Virus record (IMG/VR): IMGVR_UViG_3300020365_000024
Coordinates: 1 to 49,182 of that record
DNA length: 49,182 nucleotides
From: a virus
Taxonomy: Duplodnaviria; Caudoviricetes
Reading direction: 5' to 3' (one strand)
Shown: in pieces, positions 18,049 through 29,500 of the stretch
Numbering within the stretch: the first letter of the stretch is position 1
Layout of the letters: every line of letters begins with the position of its first letter
Notes under the pieces: model-generated
Database searches by the model: none
Told to the model about the DNA's origin: nothing
What the model saw: the letters and a program-made list of their open reading frames with translations, nothing else
Program-made: the position numbers and the translations under genes

Positions 18049-18748
18049 AATTTACTTTCAAAGCGATAGCAAATTTTTTGAGTGTTGTAGAAACATTTAT
18101 CACCTCATACTGTAGGATGTCACCAGCATTTAACTGCTTCGTCCATCCAGTTAAGGTAATGTCAGATTTTTTTACTTCATTATTTAGTTCGGGTCTGCTG
18201 TTACCACAAATTGAAGTCCCAGCAGGAAAATCATCAAAATTACATTTTCTAATATCAAGTTCTAATGTTCCGATGTTATCTGCCAATAATACAAACGACT
18301 GAATATTTCCAGTCACGTCAATGGTTAGATAACCTTTGTTTCCAATGGTCATTGGTCTAGAACCATTGTCAACAACATAGTTGATAGTTCTAGTTAAATC
18401 AGCAGTATTTGCTAATGCTACACCAAAGAAAGGAACACTTGAACTAGCAGGAGGAGTTGCGAATGTAATTTGGTCACCAGATACGGTATATCCAACTCCT
18501 GGTTCTAAAATAACATTATCCATAGAGATGATCAATTGCTGATCATTCAATGCTTCATAAGCATCTCCACTAACTGTTAGTGGAAATACTGTTCTGCTGC
18601 CATCAAATAATGATGTTAAACTATCCAGAATTAAATTCTGGTATTGAACACCTTTAGATGGAGCTTCATAATTAAGACCAATGCTATAATCATTGGCAAC
18701 ATTCTGAGTAACATCAAAGTTAGTAGTGCTTACTTCGTAATTGGCCAC
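18044..18748 (-). CDS. Virion structural protein (234 aa, two beta domains)
   Basis: FDGSRTVFPL...LIIS.D.V..EPG..YTVSG..ITF...P module, also repeated in gp7 of this window, plus a C-terminal ..LNAGDIL..V domain. Confidence 0.75.
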   Translation of the reverse strand: MANYEVSTTNFDVTQNVANDYSIGLNYEAPSKGVQYQNLILDSLTSLFDGSRTVFPLTVSGDAYEALNDQQLIISMDNVILEPGVGYTVSGDQITFATPPASSSVPFFGVALANTADLTRTINYVVDNGSRPMTIGNKGYLTIDVTGNIQSFVLLADNIGTLELDIRKCNFDDFPAGTSICGNSRPELNNEVKKSDITLTGWTKQLNAGDILQYEVINVSTTLKKFAIALKVNL

Positions 18749-19086
18749 TATACTGTTACTCCTGGTGTTACCGTTGCAATTCCTTCAATGAATCTAGTCT
18801 TTACTCCACTCGCAGAAGTCAAGACCAAATCATAAACATATCTTCTTGGTTTCAGGGTAGTAGTGACTGTATCACTTAAACTAATTTTTAAAATACCTTT
18901 ACTCCTATCAGCAAAAGTAACTGTAAACGGTGTTGCAGCACTTGAGGTATAATAACTAGTCTTCAGTTTTGCTTCTGCAGTAAATCCTAGAAGATTTACC
19001 GAGGCTCCATCTGAATTCTTGATAGTAAAGGTCGCTGAGAAGTCAGTACCCTGCTCTATCACTAGGTTAATTGTAATTGCGGACAT
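18748..19086 (-). CDS. Small virion beta-sandwich adaptor protein (BppU-like), 112 aa
   Basis: NLVIEQGTDF...F...G...NL.G.T....K...G...ISL....T..L...RYVYD.......KTR..EG...V.PGVT, a conserved cyanophage structural family. Confidence 0.8.
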   Translation of the reverse strand: MSAITINLVIEQGTDFSATFTIKNSDGASVNLLGFTAEAKLKTSYYTSSAATPFTVTFADRSKGILKISLSDTVTTTLKPRRYVYDLVLTSASGVKTRFIEGIATVTPGVTV

Positions 19087-19091
19087 GTACT

Positions 19092-19129
19092 AAAAAAGAC
19101 CTTCCTTGTTATTTATAAGGAAGGTCTTT
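19092..19129 (-). terminator. Intrinsic terminator whose loop carries a late promoter
   Basis: AAAGACCTTCCTT-ATAAATAAC-AAGGAAGGTCTTT-TTT: perfect 13-bp stem plus U-tract. Confidence 0.85.
19110..19117 (-). promoter_or_regulatory. T4-type late promoter for the 112-aa gene
   Basis: Exact TATAAATA, 23 nt before the ATG at 19086. Confidence 0.85.
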
Positions 19130-19133
19130 AAAG

Positions 19134-19334
19134 TTATTCTGCTGCTACTGGTTCTGCCTCGGCAGTTTCTTCATCTGCTGGAGGTGGATCCATAATATCA
19201 ATTGCTTCAAGAGCACCTTTGAGTTTCAATGCAAGTTCACGCTTTGCCTGGAGTTGTGCTTCAAGATTTTTAATTTCACTAACAGCATTTTCAAATTGGG
19301 TCGTAAAGTTCTCACGAAGAGTTGCGGGTTCCAT
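19134..19334 (-). CDS. Small acidic coiled-coil protein (66 aa)
   Basis: Heptad-like VSEIKNLEAQLQAKRELALKLKGALEAI, acidic tail and GAGGA RBS. Confidence 0.8.
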   Translation of the reverse strand: MEPATLRENFTTQFENAVSEIKNLEAQLQAKRELALKLKGALEAIDIMDPPPADEETAEAEPVAAE

Positions 19335-19355
19335 GGTATTCCTCAGTTCAGGATA

Positions 19356-19384
19356 ATTATACTACGATTTATTTAGTGTGTCAA
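19356..19384 (-). promoter_or_regulatory. Perfect-consensus sigma70 promoter with a nested late-like CTAAATA
   Basis: TTGACA (19384-19379), 17-nt spacer CACTAAATAAATCGTAG, TATAAT (19361-19356). Confidence 0.85.
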
Positions 19385-21429
19385 GCAACAGCATAATAGA
19401 TATACTTCTTGCCGTCTTCATTAATATCGCTATTTGCATTAGTAACAACCACAAAACCATTGCCACTGGCACGAATATTACCCGTTAGTCCAGTCTGTGT
19501 TTCGTTATCAGTATTATTGAGAGCAACTGCTTCAGCACTTGTTCCGCCCACAGTAAGACCTCTCTCACTATCAAATACAACCCAGTCACCAGTTCTATCA
19601 GCAGCTTTGATCATTACAAATTTTGGTGTAAATCCTAAAGTTACCAAATAAGCCGTGGGAGATGGCATACCAGTGTAGTATCCTACCTTAGATACTCCGT
19701 CTAACGAGGCGAAGAGATATGCGACCCACATTTTATCAGTATCACCAGTTACTGCACTAGAATCATAACTTGGATTATCAAATGGAAGGTTAGATGCTGT
19801 TGGCGCTGATCCAAAAATTCCACCACCAGAAAAACTAGTTTGTGATGCAGTTGTATTTAATGCCAATACAGAATTATAATTATCAGAACTACCGCCAGTA
19901 TCAGTTCCTAGATTCTTATGGTAAACATACCACTGGTCACCACCATAACTACTATTATCATGTTTAAACATTTTCACGATCACCATTTCTGGGGACACCT
20001 GTAAATTATGAGCTACGTTTTGAGTTCCTGAACCCCCACCGCTCCATGTTACCATGTCAAAAAATCCAGCTGCTCTCTTCCAAACATAATGTCTATATGA
20101 GAAACTACCAGAATATAAATTACTTGCATCACTGTTGATAGTGATCCCATCTTGCCTATCAAAGTTCACTGATCCATTATCAAAATATTGTAGACTAGTG
20201 CTCGTAGAATCTAAACGAGAATCTTCTCCTCGTAACCTGTCAACCCAGATTGGTAAGTTATTGTTACTGTTACTATTATACTTCTTGAACAATACTAAAT
20301 CTGCAGTGATTCCATAGTCAACATCACCCTCAGCAGCTGTTCCAGTTGATTGTTTATAAACTTTGAATACATCTGCTGCTGAAGTGGCAGGTCTATGTGG
20401 ACGACGGATTGCCACATAGATCATATTCTGATTGGTTGAATGATTGAATGCAGTAAATCCAGTTGAATTTGGTCTTACAGAAACACTAGATGCACTCTCA
20501 GTAGCATTACTATTAGCATAAATCCAGCGACTATCACCCTGAACTGGAGCACCTCTCATCACATCATGTATAAACCATCCACCTCCACTGATTGTCCTCA
20601 TCATTACCCACTGAGGTTCCCATCCTAAAGTTACTGTAGCGAGGGAACTACCATTGGTCGTCACAGTGCCGCACTTAATGACACTTTCGTCATTATTTTC
20701 TCCATATATTTCTGAAGCAGTGTCACCACCGCCTGCAAATACATACGCCCTATATGTAACACCATTTTCATTAGCATTAAAATTAAAGCTACTGTCATAT
20801 ACAGTAAAACTACTTGAACTTGATCCAAACGCAATACCACCTGTAGTAAAAGCATCAGTATTGTTTAAATAACCAGTACCAACTTCACTACTTCCACCAT
20901 CTTTAAAATAAACTCCAAAATTACTACCAGTGCTATCAGCTCTAGTAATGATCACCATGCCAGCATTACAGCCGAGATTATGGTTAACTGATTGGGAATT
21001 ACTAGTGTTGCCAGTATACTCAACCGCATCAAAAAATCCTGGTGCTTGACGAAAACACCAAGAAACATATTGACCAAAACCCCCTTGATTTATGTCACCA
21101 TCTCCAAAACCTGTAGTAAAACCATCGCTATCATAAGATATAATTCCATCATCATTACCCAAAGCTTGCGTTGCACCATTCGGAAGTTTTAATCTAGTAT
21201 GAGAATCACTAAAAACACTGTCAAATAAAGAATGAATTCGTGTATAATCTCTATTTTTGAACCAGACTAAACCACCATCATTACTAAGATCAACGTTATT
21301 ATTAACCTCTAGATTACTAAATTGACCATCATAAAGGAAAGTGCTAAACATGTCATCAGTATACTGAAGACTACTACTGGTGGTCGCAGATCCACCAAAA
21401 CTAAGTAAAATTTGTTGCATCATATTCAA
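19381..21429 (-). CDS. Repeat-domain fibre-tip / adhesin-like protein (682 aa)
   Basis: Duplicated GFFD.V.[YW].G......HNL......VI and LG[WF].P..VM domains typical of marine phage tail proteins. GGAGG RBS; true start may be M1, M3 or M4. Confidence 0.7.
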   Translation of the reverse strand: MNMMQQILLSFGGSATTSSSLQYTDDMFSTFLYDGQFSNLEVNNNVDLSNDGGLVWFKNRDYTRIHSLFDSVFSDSHTRLKLPNGATQALGNDDGIISYDSDGFTTGFGDGDINQGGFGQYVSWCFRQAPGFFDAVEYTGNTSNSQSVNHNLGCNAGMVIITRADSTGSNFGVYFKDGGSSEVGTGYLNNTDAFTTGGIAFGSSSSSFTVYDSSFNFNANENGVTYRAYVFAGGGDTASEIYGENNDESVIKCGTVTTNGSSLATVTLGWEPQWVMMRTISGGGWFIHDVMRGAPVQGDSRWIYANSNATESASSVSVRPNSTGFTAFNHSTNQNMIYVAIRRPHRPATSAADVFKVYKQSTGTAAEGDVDYGITADLVLFKKYNSNSNNNLPIWVDRLRGEDSRLDSTSTSLQYFDNGSVNFDRQDGITINSDASNLYSGSFSYRHYVWKRAAGFFDMVTWSGGGSGTQNVAHNLQVSPEMVIVKMFKHDNSSYGGDQWYVYHKNLGTDTGGSSDNYNSVLALNTTASQTSFSGGGIFGSAPTASNLPFDNPSYDSSAVTGDTDKMWVAYLFASLDGVSKVGYYTGMPSPTAYLVTLGFTPKFVMIKAADRTGDWVVFDSERGLTVGGTSAEAVALNNTDNETQTGLTGNIRASGNGFVVVTNANSDINEDGKKYIYYAVA

Positions 21430-21437
21430 GTACCTCC

Positions 21438-23351
21438 TTAGCTTAACTGAGTACCAGAAATTACAAACTCATTTGACGCAGTACATACGATTGTACATAT
21501 TCCTTTTGCTGCTAATGTTCTATTACCAGTTGTACCATCTGCAGCATTATATAAAGTAACACCCGTACCTTGTGCAACAGTCATATCGCCGCTAGAGACA
21601 TTAAATATGGAAATCATGTCGCCAGCTGACAATACATTTTGAGGAACGGTTATTGTTTGTCCACTACCAGACATTCTAATCAACTGACCTGGATAGCTAG
21701 TTGTGAGAGTAAAACTGGTGCTAGCAGGATCAATACCAAGTCTTCTCAGTGGACCCATTGAATCGGTGACAGTGCCAGCAAAGATGGCATCACCATTCAT
21801 TTTCAACGTGATGTTGGCACCAGTAGGAGTGACATCTCCAATGTTCTGAACAGTTTCACCCAAGTACCAAGCATCTCGTCTCAATGTTGCCCTGTATTCA
21901 CCAGCGGTTGGACGATTGAAATTTAAGTATCTCTGTGTTGATGCATCAGATCCATTGATATAAACCTCGTTATCAAATGAACCACCAGTAGTTGCTGTTA
22001 GAGTACCAGTAACTTTCAGACCAATATTAGTTTCCCAGTTGCCACTAGTATTATTATAAGTAATCGTCTTGTCTGTCGTTCCCTTCAATGTAATTCCACC
22101 ACCATCGGCTGTGGTATCAGAAGGAGCAGCACTAGCGCCAAGTTCAATGTTCTTATCTTCTACTACTAAGTTGGTAGCATCAATGGTAGTTGTGGTTCCA
22201 GAAACATCAAGGTTACCTACAACATATAGATCCTTCCAAACAACAACTCTTTCATTACCATTATCAGTTCTGAACTGCATATAGTCATTGCTACCTTCTC
22301 TAATTCTTAATGAGTTTTGTTCATTATCTGGAATATAGATAGCATTATTTCCACTCGCATTCACAAAACTAAGATCAAACTTAAGTCTTAATTCATTATT
22401 AATAGTAGTAAGTCCAGATGTAGTTGAGTTACCAATATTAACAGTGTTATTGATGAATACATCAACAGTATTAGATGATGACAGTAACTCGCCACCGTTT
22501 ACATTAAGGTCGCCAGAACAAACAACGTCATCACTTAGAATATTGAAATTAGTATTTCCACCTCCACCAGCAACACCCATATTGATATTGGTTGCAGCAC
22601 CAAACGCATTAACCGTAGTTGCTACTGTGTTAAACAGATTTTGTGTTGTTTCTGATCCGACAATCGTAGGATTTCTGAGTGTAAGAGTTCCCGTTGTTGC
22701 GCCAAGACGAATCGCAGTACCAGCACCAAATGCTTCTACAGTTGTGGCATAATCATCAAACAGATCTACAGTAGTTTGAGTGCTAGGAACTCTAACATCT
22801 CCAGAATCTACTTGAAGATATCCCGTAAATGTTGAGTTTTCATCAACTGTCAGAGTATCAATACTAGCAGTGCCATCAACCCAAAGATTATTCCACTGTT
22901 TAGTGGCAGAACCTAAGTTATAATTTGCAGTGCTATCTGGGACAATACTGGAAGTAAGTTCTGCATTAAAAACAATATTATCTGTATTAAGATCACCGAA
23001 TGTCAGAGTACCGCCTGATCCACCACCTGCTCTAAATGTAATATCTCCGTCTACTTCTAAATCACCAGCAATGGCAAGACCAGTGCTCAATCCAATCTTA
23101 TTTGCATCTACCTTATAAAAACCTTGACCAGCATCCCAATATAAACTTGGAGATGCTAATGAACCAGCATCCATTCCATGGGTCTGGTTAACTAAATCAA
23201 CATCACCATTGACGATCTCATTGATACCACTGACAAGTACATTCGTCGGCGTCAATAAAGTTGATGCATCACCAACATCAGTGCCGATGAGGTTAATCAT
23301 CTGGCGCTGCTGTTCAAATGTAAAGCTTGTAAGGACTTCTCTAATTGCCAT
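21438..23351 (-). CDS. Tail fibre protein (637 aa)
   Basis: N-terminal TFEQQR..IN.I..D anchor, beta-helix-like repeats (GDLEVDG, VEDKNIELG...ADGGGI.LKG.TDK) and C-terminal ITVP...GD.I.I.N...QG.GVTL...GNRTLA domain. Confidence 0.8.
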   Translation of the reverse strand: MAIREVLTSFTFEQQRQMINLIGTDVGDASTLLTPTNVLVSGINEIVNGDVDLVNQTHGMDAGSLASPSLYWDAGQGFYKVDANKIGLSTGLAIAGDLEVDGDITFRAGGGSGGTLTFGDLNTDNIVFNAELTSSIVPDSTANYNLGSATKQWNNLWVDGTASIDTLTVDENSTFTGYLQVDSGDVRVPSTQTTVDLFDDYATTVEAFGAGTAIRLGATTGTLTLRNPTIVGSETTQNLFNTVATTVNAFGAATNINMGVAGGGGNTNFNILSDDVVCSGDLNVNGGELLSSSNTVDVFINNTVNIGNSTTSGLTTINNELRLKFDLSFVNASGNNAIYIPDNEQNSLRIREGSNDYMQFRTDNGNERVVVWKDLYVVGNLDVSGTTTTIDATNLVVEDKNIELGASAAPSDTTADGGGITLKGTTDKTITYNNTSGNWETNIGLKVTGTLTATTGGSFDNEVYINGSDASTQRYLNFNRPTAGEYRATLRRDAWYLGETVQNIGDVTPTGANITLKMNGDAIFAGTVTDSMGPLRRLGIDPASTSFTLTTSYPGQLIRMSGSGQTITVPQNVLSAGDMISIFNVSSGDMTVAQGTGVTLYNAADGTTGNRTLAAKGICTIVCTASNEFVISGTQLS

Positions 23352-23544
23352 TGGTAAGTTTCTTTAATAACTGCTTGATTTCATCAAGTTCTTGCTTCAA
23401 AGTATTTATCTCCGAAACCATCCCTTCTCTATTTGCTTTCGCTTTCATATAACGCTCATAGTCTGCCCTACTAGAGTTAATCACAGCACCACTATCAGGA
23501 TCCCGATAGAGGTTGCTGTGACCTTCAACTTTTATTTTACTCAT
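23341..23544 (-). CDS. Conserved small cyanophage protein (67 aa)
   Basis: KVEGH..L.RD..SGA.IN....Y..Y motif and C-terminal coiled coil; overlaps both neighbours. Confidence 0.85.
   Translation of the reverse strand: MSKIKVEGHSNLYRDPDSGAVINSSRADYERYMKAKANREGMVSEINTLKQELDEIKQLLKKLTNGN
23403..23410 (-). promoter_or_regulatory. Candidate late promoter (GATAAATA) for the tail fibre gene
   Basis: One mismatch to TATAAATA, inside the 67-aa gene, about 50 nt before the ATG at 23351. Confidence 0.5.
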
Positions 23545-26500
23545 GAGTGTGCAATTACGCGGAGATCTTCAATTCGTGGAGCAAGTGCTGGATTATTTCC
23601 AGTAAACACAATCTTGATAGCAAATGCTGAGAATGGTTTCAAATTGTTTGCAGTGTAAACATATTCTAGATAAGAATTCATATCCTCAACAGATGGCGAT
23701 AATGATTTACCTTGCTCTGGAGTAATACTTGAATTAAAATCAGAAAGTCCAGTACCATTAAAATACTGCCATCCAATATCAGTGAAGTTATCGGAACTTC
23801 CATCTGGACGAATCTTGAATAAGACCTTGACATTTTCATTGCTAAACAAGTTAGCTGTTAATTTACAATCCAAAGATGTTGCAGGACTATCAAGACTTAC
23901 TTCTTTTGTAATATACTTAGAAGCACTAGAACTATTAAATGTAGTCTCATCAACATAAAGGAATCCATTACTCTTAGAAACACCACTGATAAGTCTAGCA
24001 GTCACTGGAGAAGTTCCCGCATTTGTATCATCAATTCTGTCATTTACAGAGAAGAGATTGTCTGTAATTAGTTTAACTTTAAGATTTCCAGTTCCAGAAT
24101 CCCATCCAATAACAATACCAGTCTTGATTGTAATGCCTGCCAAAGTTGCACTTACAGCACCTTGGGATACATCTTGTCCGTCAACGAACGTTCCTGTGAT
24201 ATCAATTAATTCAAGTATATCACCATTGACATTTACAATTTGAGCAGATGCACCAGATCCAGATTGAGTTAATCTACTAGCACTATCGACTGTGTTGATA
24301 AATGATCCTCCAGATACACCAGTTACAGTAAATTGTCCAGCTTCAACAGTATCAGGGGAAACTGTAGATACAGTAAAATCAGAAGTTGTTGGTAGAACTA
24401 ATGTTTGTGAGATAGCACCAAATCTTTTTTCATTTCCTTTTGGATTATCCATTCTTGTTGCCGCTGTAATCAAGTTGCAACGATTGACATCAAGAACAGG
24501 AGAAAGATTATCTTGGTCTGTGCTCATTGAAATAGTATATGTAACAGACTTATTACCATTCAACAACGAAGGTTGATTGCGATAGACTTCGTTTACAGAT
24601 GAAGCAATAATTCTAGATTCTTCAAAGTAGTAGTTATCATTTGGACTTACATTAAATGTAGGAGAAATTTGATATTCTTTAGCATCTTGTGTTTCTGGGA
24701 AATCAATTGGTCTACCATATGCAGTCTTAATGTTTTGCGATACTGTTGATGATGGGAACGTTAACATTGCAACCTGTGGTGTTGCAATTTGATATAACTT
24801 ATTGGTTGTGGCGATAACAGTAGAACCACCACCAGATCCACTACCAGTCATGTTTACATTCGCAGCATTCCATAATGTACTATCAATCATGATACAATAA
24901 TCATCAAGACCAACATTTTGAACGGAGTGGAAACCATTAATTAATGTAACTGGAATTCCATAAATTGAATTATTTGCTCCAGACCCCGAAGCATTTTTAA
25001 TAATGACAAAATCACCTTCCTTCATCCCATGGTTAGGATGATTGATTCTAAGAACTTTTTGATTTGTTCCAAAGAGTGCAGAAGAACCATCGGTATTATC
25101 TACAGTGATTGGATTATCTGGAAGGTCCGCAAAATCAAGGTCTTCATTTTTAAATTCAATTGATGCAGTTGAGTTAGTCTCAAATAAACATCTATTTACA
25201 TTAAATTTAATTGCTTCTGCAGAATCTTCAGACCATGCTGTGGAATTTTGGGATTTGAATAAAGACCCTACATTAGATTGGGCAGATGCAATAACAGAAC
25301 TTCCAGTAAGTTTGTCTCCAATCTTAGCACTGTAAATTTCATAATCAGGTGATGAAGATGTAACTACAAATGCATATGTTAAATCATTTTGGAGGTATAC
25401 TGGTGATGGGAACCTAAATCTAGTCTTTGTGTTGCCATCAGACGAGGTTGAAATTCCCATTCTAACAGCAGGATTAGTCATCCTGATAAATGCTGTTGCC
25501 GTTGCTTGTCCGTCACCACCATTGATAGTGACATTAGGAGCGGTATAGTAATTTGAACCTCTATTTGACAGTTCAACTTCATAAATTTTTCCATTATAAA
25601 TTTTGGCAGTAGCAGTGGCATTTTCACCAAATGTTCCGCCATTCTCGCCAAAAACATTGACTGATGTTGTGGTACTGTCATAACCAGATCCAAATGATGT
25701 TACTTTAATTCTATCAACAACACCAGAATCTTCATCAATATTAAATGTTGTTGTAGAAATAGCAGGAGCTCTATCTACAGTAAATGCCTCTCCTGGGATA
25801 AATTCTTTTCCGTTATGATTTGAAAGAATTAAATTATACCTAGTATCAGTTGCAGTAACTGTCAAATCTGCTTTAACTGTTCCTGATGCTCCTGATGTTG
25901 TTCCTTTGATAGTTTCTCCTTTTTTGATAGTTTCACCAGCTGGAACATTTGTATTAATCTTGATTCTGAGTTGAGTATCAGATTCGAGTGTAGATTCACT
26001 AAATGGAACTACATTTCTAGTCGGTAATCCACCATTAGTATCAACCAAATAAACTGTTACTGGTCTATCAGTATCGGTGTCTGAAGGAGTCTGCTTAGTT
26101 TTGAAGTATAGATCTACACTCGATGCAAACATTCCTCCATCAAATCCAGAAACCTTAAAGGTTTGTGCGACGGGATCCAATAAACCAGTTTGATTTACAT
26201 TGACCAAAGAACTTCCAACATATTGAACTGTGTCAGAGTTTGTGGTAGATCTTCTGTTGATATAGGGGACTCTTGTGGATTGAATTGATGTAGTAGATGT
26301 ATCAGGAAGACCACTTACAGTATATACTGCTTCGGCAAACGTAACTACATTACCAGAATTACTAGAGTTGGTAGAACTAGAACTTAATCTTAGTGATTTA
26401 GTACCAGCAACAAAAGATCTCTTAGTACTAGCATTATCATAGAATGAATTGGGAGAATTGGTAAGGTCCAAAGTCTTCCTTCCTTTTCTGGGTGCAAATC

Positions 26501-29500
26501 CATTTGGAATCAAGAAGAAACCACTGATATTACCCTTGCTATCTGTAACAATTTTTTCACCAAAACCTTTCTCAGCATAACCAGCCTTTCCAGTAAATGG
26601 AGTGGTCGTACTAGTAACATCATCTGGGTTAACCCACGAAGAAACACTAATGCCATCAAAGAAAGCATAAAGTTGAGTATCTGGTTCAAGACCTTTTGCA
26701 ACAAATTTTACAAGTTTAGTTCTAATGTAAGGAACATATGGTTTAGATACAACTCTTTGACCTTTGTCGGCAGAAGATGCACCATAAGGTGTCAGTCTGT
26801 TTTGTGTACCATTTCTACTCCTGGTTCTAGTTTTTCCTTTAATTACTAAATTAGGATCACCAGCAAATTGTGAACTAGTAGTATTAGTAGAATTATTCAG
26901 TGTATATGTTGGAGTTCCAGTCCAAGAAATTTGCCATTCATTCCAAAGACTACCCCAAACATTATTATCATTTTTAATAACATCAAATACTGAATTTTCA
27001 TTAACAATTAATTCGGGAGATGATGTAGTATCTTTCCATTCATCAATATCAGGATCTAACGTCATCATCCCAGAATACTTGGATGTCTTACCTTTATTCA
27101 GGGTGATAGTTTTTGTTGAATACTTATTTTCTACAGTGCTCTGCTCAGTAAATGGAAGTGTAATTAAATCATCACTCTTAGTATATCCACTTGCGGTTCT
27201 TTGTGAATCAGTGATATTACTCTCTTCAAGTTTAGTTTGAGAAGAAGCAAAACTTGGTCTAAGAACACCAGTTTGTGTGTCAATGGAACACTTATAGTCT
27301 ATAGATGAACTATTTCCTACTCCATGACCTTCAAAATTATCTACAAGAATACCATTTTTGAATCTATCATTTCCAAATTCATCTCTGACCTGGGTGTTGA
27401 ATGTATCCTGCTCAAGGAGACTCAGTACAGTATAATATTCAAGTTTTTCAATTCTCTTCTCAAGTTTACCGATATCGCGCATTGTAAAGCGGCGATTATC
27501 AAAACTCTTGGTAGTAATATCAGATAACTTATAAGTATATGCTGGAATATTTACATGATACAATAAAATTCCATCAGAAATTTCCTCTGGAACTTGTGGA
27601 TTAAGAGAAGGAGTTCCCTTAGCAACAACAAATTTACCAGATTTAGAAATATAAATTGAATCAATTCTATTCAAATAGAATTCATAACTAGAATCAAATG
27701 CGGTTCCAGAAATAGGTAGAGGTGCAGAAGATGATCCTGTTCCATTAAATTTCAGGGCATCAATCGTTTTTGCATCACTATATCCAGGAAGAACTGTTGC
27801 TGTGCTAACACCAGTATAATCAGATACTCTTGGTCTGAAATCAACAACATCTCTCAGAGAAATTTTTCCATATACTGAGGAATCAAAATTAGGAATGTCC
27901 GCATAATCAATTCCAGTATAAGAGTCAACAGTAAAATAACCACTACCAGCATTACCAGTGCCGATACCACCAATATGATCAAAATAATCATAAACAACTA
28001 ATAGTTGATTTGTTGGTGCAATTTCGCCTGGTTTTAAAATAAGTCTTGCAAGATCATAATGCGTATCTCTTTGACCACCGTCAAATGTAAATCTATCAGT
28101 AATCTCAACATCAGCATTAGTTGCAGGTTGTGTTGTTGATGACATATAAACTGCTTTCAGTTGATAACCATCAGCATACTCAAGAGGAATTACGGGATCA
28201 CCAACTCCAGTTGCAATACTTGACTCTACATCAGATTTGAGAACTTTAGTTTTCGGTGAAGTGTCAGTTTTTCTTACAGGAGCAATAAGTTTAAATGGTG
28301 TATTTGCAAACCCAGTAAAACTACTCATATCAATGTTGATGCTTGAACCATTAGCACCTACTGTAACCTTTCCAGAAATATCAAGAAGATTTCCGTTGGT
28401 TGGATTAGACATAACATAATCACCAGCAGAATATGCGAGGAACTGCTCATTAGTTCCAACACTTACAGTCGCTAAGGAGTTAGAGTCAAAATTACCTAAA
28501 AATTCTCTAGCTACAGTATAATTAATATTGGTGTTATTGGGGTCTAAGACTTGAGTCTTAACGTTTTTATTAGGGAGTGGATATAAAAGTGTATTAGAGG
28601 CGACTCCAGACAACTTAGAACGCTTTCTCTGAATACTCTTGGTAGTGAAAGTAGATAATACTTCACCATATACAAAAATTCTTGCTGTGGTAGCAGTTCC
28701 GTCAATACACGCAAATTTGACAATATATTTTCTATTGCGTCCACCATTATCAATAACAGAAATAATATCGCCATCAACTAAATCAAGATCTGGTCTCGTT
28801 CCGAGGTTATCTGCAGTAATGAAATAATCGCCTTCACTAGCACTGAAAGTTGCTCCACCTGCAATAGCAAATGATGATTCTACTGAAGCAATGTCACCAG
28901 CAAAAGCGTTACTCGTAGTAGTCCCATAGAAACTTTTAACAAAAGATGAATTATAGGTTACTATATTTTTATAGTTCATTACAGGAGTAACTACAGCTCC
29001 AGTACCTGCTCCAACAATTTCAATTTCAGGAGCTGTATTGAATTTACCAATTGTCTCTCGCGCTTCATCGCTAAGTGTAATAACTCTGAGTTCGTTACTT
29101 GTTACAGTAATATTTGATGTGCCGATTGCAGTAAGTTGATTTACGCCGTTAATATTAATGGCAGTGATATCAGCAGCGGTATTATATGATGATCCAAAAT
29201 TTTGAATTTTAAATTCTGAAATAGTTCCTTCTGTTTCAACAAAGTTGAAAGGAGTTGATGCACCATCTTGTTCAGATACAAGGGTTTCTCCTTCTACAAA
29301 CTCTCCAAGAACTCTAGAAAGAATTAATTCTTTATCCCCTGTATCAATATCCTCTACAATACCTCTAGCACCACTAGTTTGTCCAGTGATAAATTTACCT
29401 TCAGTGAAGTTCACTGGATCTTTACATTTAATTCTTACAAAATACTCTAAACCAAATAAACCATGTCTAAACAAACAATCTTTATTATATGCACCGTTTG

